Shown here: positions 57,379 to 64,000 of the stretch, piece after piece
Numbering within the stretch: the first letter of the stretch is position 1
How the letters are laid out: each line of letters starts with the position of its first letter
NCBI GenBank assembly: GCA_045588675.1
Contig: JAZNER010000016.1
Coordinates: 27,488-91,487 of the forward strand
Origin: Eubacteriales bacterium
GTDB taxonomy: Bacteria > Bacillota > Clostridia > Oscillospirales > CAG-272
Direction: 5' to 3'
DNA length: 64,000 nucleotides
Position numbers and translations under genes: made by a program
Notes under the pieces: model-generated
The model's input: only the letters and a program-made list of their open reading frames with translations
Told to the model about the DNA's origin: nothing
The model's database searches: none

Positions 57379-58095
57379 TTAAGGAAGCACGCGGTAAGGC
57401 ACTACGCGGAACGCATCATTTGCCATACGGAAGCCCTCAGCATATTCTACGCCGCACTGAATACCTCTGTATCTTGACTGAGTATAATACTGCTCGAGGA
57501 AGTTCTTACCCGTCAGCGAATCCTTATAATTAGCCTGCATCCACTCCACTTGGCTCTTGTGCTCGCTGCACATCGCCATCTTTGTTTCTATTGTATCGGT
57601 AATATCAACATAATCGGTAGGAATGAAGCCAAGACCGTTTGCGGGCTCGAAGTAAGCAATTATCGGAATCTTATCGTGTGGGGCATTTCTCGTCTGGATC
57701 TTTGCGATAGGAATCATCACGGCAATATCGTTGATGATCTTGCTCGTCAATTCGTGGTCGGGATTGTAATCCTCGGGATTGTGTGTCAAAATAACATCTG
57801 CCTTGCAGTATCTTACAAGATCTATAAAGGCAAGTCTTGCATTCTTATCCTCATAGAACATTTCATCGTCATAGTCAAGACAAATGTACTCTGCACCGAT
57901 ATGAGCCGCTGCTCTTCTTGCCTCTTCCTTACGAATGGCAGCGATCTCATCCATAGGTAGTGTTGCAGAGCCGATATTTCCGTTAGTTGCCGTTGCCGTA
58001 AACACCTTGTGTCCCTGTTTTGCATATTTTGCCAGAGTTCCGCCACAATTGATTTCAACGTCGTCGGGATGTGCTCCGATTGCCAGAATATTCAT
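57379..58095 (-). CDS. PIG-L/LmbE family deacetylase
   Basis: IGAHPDDVE..GGTLA, R..EA, THNPEDYNPDH and HKSQ. Confidence 0.92.
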   Translation of the reverse strand: MNILAIGAHPDDVEINCGGTLAKYAKQGHKVFTATATNGNIGSATLPMDEIAAIRKEEARRAAAHIGAEYICLDYDDEMFYEDKNARLAFIDLVRYCKADVILTHNPEDYNPDHELTSKIINDIAVMIPIAKIQTRNAPHDKIPIIAYFEPANGLGFIPTDYVDITDTIETKMAMCSEHKSQVEWMQANYKDSLTGKNFLEQYYTQSRYRGIQCGVEYAEGFRMANDAFRVVPYRVLP

Positions 58096-58153
58096 AATAG
58101 TTTCTCCTTTTTTACTTAAAAATATATTGGATTTTAATATTATAATTCTATCA

Positions 58154-58816
58154 TTATAATTCGTTTGTTAACAAAAATTCTGCCGGAACGTCCTCGTCAA
58201 TATCCGAAAATCTTCCGGTAGGCTCATAGAAGCAGTTGTCGTTGACATCGTCGTTACACATCGACACCTCGCCAACGAGCACCTTTCCCTTACCCTCTTC
58301 GCCCCAGAAGCTGTGATACAGACCCTGCTGCATAGTGATGCTCTGTCCGGGCTCAAGGCGAAGCACTGTTCCTGCCGGCACTGTGTACTTGCGCGAATCC
58401 GAATAAACGGTAACATCAGATGTGCGATCCAGTTCGTTATCCACACTGTTGTACACCTGAACCATCAGGTTTCCGCCTCCGCGATTGATAATGTCCTCCA
58501 TCTTGCTCCAATGGAAGTGCATCGGTGTTACCTGTCCTTCCTCAACGACCATGATTTTTTCGGCGTAAGGCTTTGCATACTTTCCAAAGCAACCATTGCG
58601 AATAGTCATCAGGAAAAGACCCTTTTTATGAAAATCTCCGCTGCCAAAGTCGGTGACATCCCATCCGATCTGACAGTCCTTCATCTCTGCATATTCATCA
58701 GAACGGTTTTTCCATTGCTCAATCGTCCAATATGCAAATGGCGGCAGCTTAAATCCCTTTTCCTCGATGAAGCTTCTGTTTTCTTGAATCAGCTGATTCA
58801 GCTCACTTCTTTTCAC
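58154..58816 (-). CDS. D-lyxose/D-mannose family cupin sugar isomerase
   Basis: MKRSE.N, LPPFAYW, GWDVTDFG, YAEK, PMHFHWSKMEDIINRGGG, YHSFW and GEVS..NDD..DN. Confidence 0.9.
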   Translation of the reverse strand: MKRSELNQLIQENRSFIEEKGFKLPPFAYWTIEQWKNRSDEYAEMKDCQIGWDVTDFGSGDFHKKGLFLMTIRNGCFGKYAKPYAEKIMVVEEGQVTPMHFHWSKMEDIINRGGGNLMVQVYNSVDNELDRTSDVTVYSDSRKYTVPAGTVLRLEPGQSITMQQGLYHSFWGEEGKGKVLVGEVSMCNDDVNDNCFYEPTGRFSDIDEDVPAEFLLTNEL

Positions 58817-58992
58817 TACAAATTCCCCCTATTATTTTTTCAAGCGTGATCTTTGAGTACGGATTTACAAGCTCCACACTCTCCCGGACATATAAAATTA
58901 TCAGTGCATATAAAGCCCAAGCTTTTATCACGCGTATTGTTTTCTTTTGTACAAAACGGGGGCGCAGATAGCCGCGCCCCCAATGAACCCTA

Positions 58993-60795
58993 TTATTTCA
59001 TGTAGAAAATTACACAGGTGCAGAAGCTTCCGTCTTCCGAAATAATTTCGTAATCTCCGAAGTTAGCAGGAATAGCAACACACTGCAAACGCTCGATGCT
59101 GGTTGACAGCTCGGGGTTCGACTTGCTGCGAATGGTAACGTTATGACCAACGGTCAATGTTACGATCTGAAGGTGCTCGCCTGAGGTAGTATATTCTCCA
59201 CGATTATCAAAATAGATTCTTTCGATATCGAAAGGCATTTCGGGAAGGCTGGAGAACTTATCCATCCAATATTCTTTTGTCCAGGTTGTTACCTCTGCTC
59301 TTGCACGCAGGTGATCCTTAACATAGTTCTCACGACGCCAGTGCTCGTTGTCAAATGCATGGTTCAAGTGCATCTTCAAGGGCTTGCCTGTCATTGTCTT
59401 CTTATTGTCATCCCAAGAGTTACGTGCAAAGTCATACTGGAAGAATGAATATTCAGTTCCCGCGATAGAGGGGCTGGTATCCATTTCAAGTACCATCTGG
59501 TTACCACCGTGACCGTGTGTAGTTCCGGGGGGAATCAGATACAAATCACCCACATTGGATTTCCAGTTGCAGATGTATTCTTTCCAGTCCTCGATAGGAA
59601 GAAGGTTGTTGGATTCGTAGCACTTGTTCTCAAATGCTTCGAGGTCGCAGTTTTCCTTAAAGCCCATCCAAGTGTTCGCGCCCTCGTAAGCCTCAGCTAT
59701 GTAGTATGTTTCGTATCTTCCGAGAGGCTCGTTGAAGTGGCTCTTTACGTAACGGCTGCTGGGGTGGTTGTGAATAGGCATTGAGATACGCTCAGCGGGC
59801 TGCTTGTCCGGGAAGTATCCGTCGTCAAGCCAAATATCAAGAGGCCAGAGGTCAGGATAATTTGTGGACATATACTCACCTGTAACCTCTTTGTTGTGCT
59901 TGAGAAGGTTGATGAGCGGGAAATTGAGCATCTTTTCTGCGCCGAAGTCAATTACTACAGACATTTCGGGACCGGACATCTTGTTCCATGCAGAAATCTC
60001 AAGACCCTTGATATCCCAAAGGTCCTTATGACGGTAAGCACCCCAAGGACCGGGCTGGAAGATCTGTACCTGCTTGATAGGATACTTAACAGCTGTTGCT
60101 ACGATTTCATCGTATCCGGCCTTAGTAACCAACTTCAAGTCCTCAAGATCATACGCTTCAAGGTAGAAGTTCATCTGACCGAACATATATTTCTTATGAC
60201 GCCACAAGAGATAGAAGTCATTGTAGTGGTATTCCTTCCAGTTGTACCACTCGGGAGCCTCGGTGTAACCGAAGGGGATAAGCTCACCCTCCCACATCTT
60301 AAGCTCAAGGCGCTGCATTGTGGTATCAAAATAGAATACTACCTCATAAGCATCGCGCAACTCGGGAGTTGCAGAGCCCGCGCCGTAAACTACGGTAGGC
60401 TTATCAGCTTTTGCAAGCTTCGCGCTCATGCTCTTAACAGCATCCTTATCCTGAATGTCAGAGATCACGCCCTCACCGTTAACGTAGCCGAAGCCGGGGT
60501 CATCGGTTATGTAGGGCTGCTTGTACTCTGCAAGTGCCTCCTTGGATATGTACAAGGTGCTTGCGTCAACAAAGTCGCAAGCGACACCGCGCTTTTCCAA
60601 TTCCTTTGCAACGAAGCCGACGATTGCCTGATAATCGACACCGTACCAGCCGTCGAAAGCTACGGTCTTCGCGTTCTGAATCTTGTCAGCAAGGAACTTA
60701 ACAACTTTGTCTGTTCCGAACACTGCTGAATCTTTTGTTGCCTGACTTACCTTAATGACGTTTTCGGCATTATGCTTGTCTTCATATAATGGCAT
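58993..60795 (-). CDS. Class I mannose-6-phosphate-isomerase-like cupin protein with large N-terminal extension
   Basis: PGPWG, PIHNHP, ETYY, GDLYLIPPGTTHG and VLEM cupin metal motifs; about 240-aa extra N-terminal region. Confidence 0.65.
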   Translation of the reverse strand: MPLYEDKHNAENVIKVSQATKDSAVFGTDKVVKFLADKIQNAKTVAFDGWYGVDYQAIVGFVAKELEKRGVACDFVDASTLYISKEALAEYKQPYITDDPGFGYVNGEGVISDIQDKDAVKSMSAKLAKADKPTVVYGAGSATPELRDAYEVVFYFDTTMQRLELKMWEGELIPFGYTEAPEWYNWKEYHYNDFYLLWRHKKYMFGQMNFYLEAYDLEDLKLVTKAGYDEIVATAVKYPIKQVQIFQPGPWGAYRHKDLWDIKGLEISAWNKMSGPEMSVVIDFGAEKMLNFPLINLLKHNKEVTGEYMSTNYPDLWPLDIWLDDGYFPDKQPAERISMPIHNHPSSRYVKSHFNEPLGRYETYYIAEAYEGANTWMGFKENCDLEAFENKCYESNNLLPIEDWKEYICNWKSNVGDLYLIPPGTTHGHGGNQMVLEMDTSPSIAGTEYSFFQYDFARNSWDDNKKTMTGKPLKMHLNHAFDNEHWRRENYVKDHLRARAEVTTWTKEYWMDKFSSLPEMPFDIERIYFDNRGEYTTSGEHLQIVTLTVGHNVTIRSKSNPELSTSIERLQCVAIPANFGDYEIISEDGSFCTCVIFYMK

Positions 60796-60933
60796 TTTAA
60801 TTTCCTCCTATATATAAAAATTTATATAATTCATTATACCTTTTTGCCGCGATTTTGAAAATGAACATTCTTCCCTAATTATTGCACTATTTTCCTGCGC
60901 GAGATAAAAAGTCATTTAAAATACAGATTCTTC

Positions 60934-60962
60934 TTGCAAAATCGTGTTTTTTGTGTTATAAT
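60934..60962 (+). promoter_or_regulatory. Sigma-A promoter of the AraC regulator
   Basis: TTGCAA-17 nt-TATAAT with extended TG. Confidence 0.8.
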
Positions 60963-60989
60963 AGTATGCGTGAGAAGGAGGTGGGCATT

Positions 60990-61805
60990 TTGTTAGTTAA
61001 TTACAATATGGAAAAGCTAAAGAGCATCATGCAGGATCTGTGCGCGGTGACCGGCATCAATTTCGAAATTCTGGATGCCAATTTTCATTTTCTCTACCGT
61101 TGTAAAAACGAGTCGCCGTTCTGCAAAGCCATACAAAACACATCAATAGGTGCGAACAAATGCCTCTGCTCCGACACCAGCATTTTAGAGGAATGTAAGC
61201 AAAGCCGTTCCTTTCAATCCCATATCTGTCACGCGGGACTCACCGATGCCGCAACGCCTATCATAAAAAACGACGTCATCGTGGGATACATCATTACAGG
61301 GCCTATCCGCACCGTTTTTACACCTGATGAGATCCGCGAAAAGCTTTCATGGATGAGCGAAAATATTTCGCAGCTCCTCGAATTTTATGAGGATATCCCC
61401 TCTTTTTCAAATGATCGCATAGACAGCCTGAGCAATCTTCTCTCGCACATTCTCTTCGAGAATGCCATTGAGATAGATTACAGTGATTTTATTTCCTTTG
61501 CAACCACATATATCAAGGACAACCTGAGCAACGATCTGAGCATCCCCAATCTTTGCGCCACACTTCACGTTTCCAAAAACGTTCTCTACAAAAGCTTTCA
61601 CGAAAACCGTGGCTGTACCGTCACCGAATATATCAACCGACAGCGCATCAAGCAGGCACAAAAGCTTTTGCGCGAAACCGACACTCCGATATATCACATC
61701 GCCGCCTCAGTCGGACTTTCGAACTATACCTATTTTTGCAGATTGTTCAAGAAGATAACCGGACTTTCTCCTATCGTTTACCGCAATAACATATCAATAA
61801 CATAA
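60990..61805 (+). CDS. AraC-family regulator with N-terminal PocR-type sensor domain
   Basis: TTG start after AGGAGG; FC..I....C..SD, CHAGL..AATPI..VGYI..G PocR pattern; C-terminal double HTH (IA.SVG.SNYTYF.RLFKK.TG.SP..YR). Confidence 0.9.
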   Translation: MLVNYNMEKLKSIMQDLCAVTGINFEILDANFHFLYRCKNESPFCKAIQNTSIGANKCLCSDTSILEECKQSRSFQSHICHAGLTDAATPIIKNDVIVGYIITGPIRTVFTPDEIREKLSWMSENISQLLEFYEDIPSFSNDRIDSLSNLLSHILFENAIEIDYSDFISFATTYIKDNLSNDLSIPNLCATLHVSKNVLYKSFHENRGCTVTEYINRQRIKQAQKLLRETDTPIYHIAASVGLSNYTYFCRLFKKITGLSPIVYRNNISIT

Positions 61806-61860
61806 GCATTAAAAAGCAAAACAACCTACAATTTAAATTGCTGATTTTTGCCAAAAGCGG

Positions 61861-61889
61861 TTGACATGATGCCGAAAATTTGCTAATAT
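61861..61889 (+). promoter_or_regulatory. Sigma-A promoter upstream of the PfkB kinase
   Basis: TTGACA-17 nt-TAATAT with extended TG. Confidence 0.7.
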
Positions 61890-62103
61890 TAAATAACGAT
61901 TACAATTTTTAAAAACATTTCAAGCATTTCAATTCCACTTTGTTTTTCCTTGCTTTAATTTAACAATAACAAGGAAAGAATTTCATCTTTGTAAAAATTT
62001 TAAAAAATTATAAAAATTTATTATGGCTTACTTATCAACAACTAAGGGCACTGCCCTCAAAACCCCAAATGCGATAAGCGGTCAGAAGGAGAGGACAACT
62101 AAT

Positions 62104-63069
62104 ATGAGTCAAAAAACAGGTATTGCCGTAGCAGGAACTGTTCTCGTTGATAAATTGAACGAGATAAGTGCCTATCCCGCATCGGGCGAGTTAACAAAAA
62201 TATTATCGGTGTCCCGCGCTGTTGGCGGATGTGTTCCCAACGTAGGCATCGATATAAAGAGAGTCGATCCCACTATACCCGTCAAGGCGGTAGGAAAGAT
62301 AGGAAAAGATTCTGAGGGCGATTTTCTCGTAAGCACTCTTGAAGAAAACGGCGTTGACGCGTCGCTTCTCGCGCGCGGAGAAGAACCCACCAGCTTTACA
62401 GACGTTATGAGCATAGTGGGAGGTCAGAGAACCTTCTTTACATACCCCGGTGCTTGTGCGGATTTTGGAGTAGCAGATGTCGATTTTGAAAATCTTGATG
62501 TCAAGATGCTTCACCTCGGATATTTTCTGCTTCTTGACAAGGTAGATGCGGGAGAGGGCGAGCTGATACTGAAAAAGGCAAAGGAGCGCGGAATAAAAAC
62601 CTCCATCGACCTCGTCAGCGAGAACAGCAACCGCTATCATATAGTCAAGGATTGCTTAAAATATACCGACAACGTGATAATCAACGAGCTTGAAGCGGGA
62701 ATGATCGCGGGCATTGAGCCAAAACACGAAAATCTCGAAAAAATTGCACGCGCCATCAAAGATATGGGCGTTTCCGAGCGAGTTATAATCCATATGCCCG
62801 AAACAGGCGTTTGTCTTTCCGACAACGGCTTCTTTGAGCTTCCCTCATGGGAGCTGCCCCGTGGCTTTATCAAGGGTAAGACGGGCGCGGGCGACGCGTT
62901 CTGCGCAGGCGCACTTATTGGTATTTACCGCGGTCTTGACGAAATGGGAATACTTACTCTCGCGTCAAAGGCGGCAACTGCATCTCTTGCAGCTCCTGAT
63001 GCTATCGGCGGAATGATGAGTGAAGATAAGATCGACGAGATGCTCAGAGAAATGAATATCGATTTTTAA
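62104..63069 (+). CDS. PfkB/ribokinase-family carbohydrate kinase
   Basis: Start MSQKTG after AGGAG; GGCVPN, GKIGKDSEG, NELEA and TGAGDAFCAG anion hole. Confidence 0.92.
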   Translation: MSQKTGIAVAGTVLVDKLNEISAYPASGELTKILSVSRAVGGCVPNVGIDIKRVDPTIPVKAVGKIGKDSEGDFLVSTLEENGVDASLLARGEEPTSFTDVMSIVGGQRTFFTYPGACADFGVADVDFENLDVKMLHLGYFLLLDKVDAGEGELILKKAKERGIKTSIDLVSENSNRYHIVKDCLKYTDNVIINELEAGMIAGIEPKHENLEKIARAIKDMGVSERVIIHMPETGVCLSDNGFFELPSWELPRGFIKGKTGAGDAFCAGALIGIYRGLDEMGILTLASKAATASLAAPDAIGGMMSEDKIDEMLREMNIDF

Positions 63070-63199
63070 TAGCAGTGAAAAAATTGCTTTAAAAATTAAA
63101 TTATGTATTAAAAATCCAATATTGGACACATAAAGACAGTTGTAAAAGAAAGATAGCTTCTTCAGTCGTGCTGAAAAGCGTGACAGATAAAACAGCAAT

Positions 63200-63236
63200 G
63201 GGAGGAAACCATTTCAATGAATGGTTTCCTCCCATT
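63200..63236. terminator. Terminator hairpin between the convergent kinase and rubredoxin genes
   Basis: GGGAGGAAACCATT-TCAATG-AATGGTTTCCTCCC. Confidence 0.75.
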
Positions 63237-63322
63237 TTGTCGTATATTCTCGTGAAATTTTTCAAAAAATCGGTCTGTGCACGACCAAAGCTTAAAGTCT
63301 GCTCTTTAAAAGGTGCGTTTAA

Positions 63323-63478
63323 TTACTCTTCCTTCTCAAAAGCATCCTTGCCAAGTCCGCAAACAGGACATTCAAAGTCTTCGGGAACTTCTTCCCAAGG
63401 CGTGCCGGGGGCGATATCGTTGTCGGGATCACCAAGAGCAGGATCGTATTCATAACCACAGGGACAAACGTATTTCAT
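63323..63478 (-). CDS. Rubredoxin (51 aa)
   Basis: Below the ORF-track cutoff: [51 protein letters not shown], with AAAGGA RBS. Confidence 0.93.
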   Translation of the reverse strand: MKYVCPCGYEYDPALGDPDNDIAPGTPWEEVPEDFECPVCGLGKDAFEKEE

Positions 63479-63706
63479 AGTGTTAATTCCTTTCATCATA
63501 ATGTAATTTTAGTATTGCCAGTTATGGCGGTTTTTATTTCAATTTTTGTGGAGAATAGCGGAATTGCACCACCAAAAGTCAGCCGCTCGGCTTCTCCGTG
63601 CAGGGCGGCAACGCTTTCTGCCGCCCAAATGAATTTATGTTGCCGCCACGGCGGGAGCCGCTTGGGGAACTTTTTGAAAAAGTTCCCCGCTCGCATCCCT
63701 AAAATC

Positions 63707-64000
63707 TTATTTACCGAAGTATCTGTCGTGAAGACCCTTGAGAGCCTTGCCGTGTCTTGCTTCATCTCTTGCCATCTCGTGAACGGTGTCGTGGATAGCG
63801 TCAAGTCCGTTCTTCTTTGCGCAAGCTGCAAGATCAAACTTGCCCTGTGTTGCGCCGAATTCGCAATCAACTCTCCATGCGAGGTTGTCTTTTGTTGTAG
63901 CCTTCATATTGGGCTCGAGATCTGCGCCGAGAAGCTCTGCAAACTTTGCAGCGTGCTCTGCTTCCTCGTATGCTGCCTTTTCCCAATAAAGACCTATCTC
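63707..64000 (-). CDS. Reverse rubrerythrin / NADH peroxidase, C-terminal part (5' end outside the window)
   Basis: [14 protein letters not shown] and [18 protein letters not shown] di-iron motifs; upstream of rubredoxin. Confidence 0.88.
   Translation of the reverse strand, partial: EIGLYWEKAAYEEAEHAAKFAELLGADLEPNMKATTKDNLAWRVDCEFGATQGKFDLAACAKKNGLDAIHDTVHEMARDEARHGKALKGLHDRYFGK

Noticed and set aside
55900-61810. Sugar cluster as a bounded mobile island
   Set aside because: Codon style looks somewhat different by eye, but no integrase, transposase, tRNA or flanking direct repeats were seen, and composition could not be computed.
63496-63870. 124-aa minus-strand ORF overlapping the rubrerythrin 3' end
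   Set aside because: Alternate frame of the rubrerythrin gene running into structured intergenic DNA; no motif.

Overview
Chromosomal window from an anaerobic Firmicute (Clostridia-like: T-box riboswitches, sigma-A promoters, GGAGG RBSs). Left (1-13.7 kb, minus strand): a Leu-T-box ilvB-ilvN-ilvC-[ECF S component]-ilvD-leuA-leuC operon, an Ile-T-box ilvA-ridA unit, a DUF1846-like gene and pfkA. Next are cinA-like, a radical SAM gene, a MarR + heterodimeric ABC exporter, an ECF sigma/anti-sigma/vWA-lipoprotein triad and metG. The centre (25.6-40.85 kb, plus strand) is an apparently complete glycyl-radical bacterial microcompartment operon of the fucose/rhamnose (GRM5-like) type. It encodes a propionate/acetate kinase, class II aldolase, AldDH, Zn-ADH, 4 BMC-H, PduL, BMC-P, PduS, PduT, a propanediol-dehydratase-like GRE plus activase, and EutS and EutP. 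It ends in a ParA-type ATPase overlapping a small Lys/Ala-rich disordered protein, the best candidate for an undescribed system (a McdAB-like metabolosome-positioning module). The right part has housekeeping genes, an rbfA with an in-frame TAA at codon 6, an uncharacterised sugar-conversion cluster (three isomerase folds, deacetylase, PocR-AraC regulator, PfkB kinase), rubredoxin and a partial reverse rubrerythrin. No CRISPR, tRNA/rRNA or transposase was recognised. All calls come from reading motifs by eye; no database searches were run.
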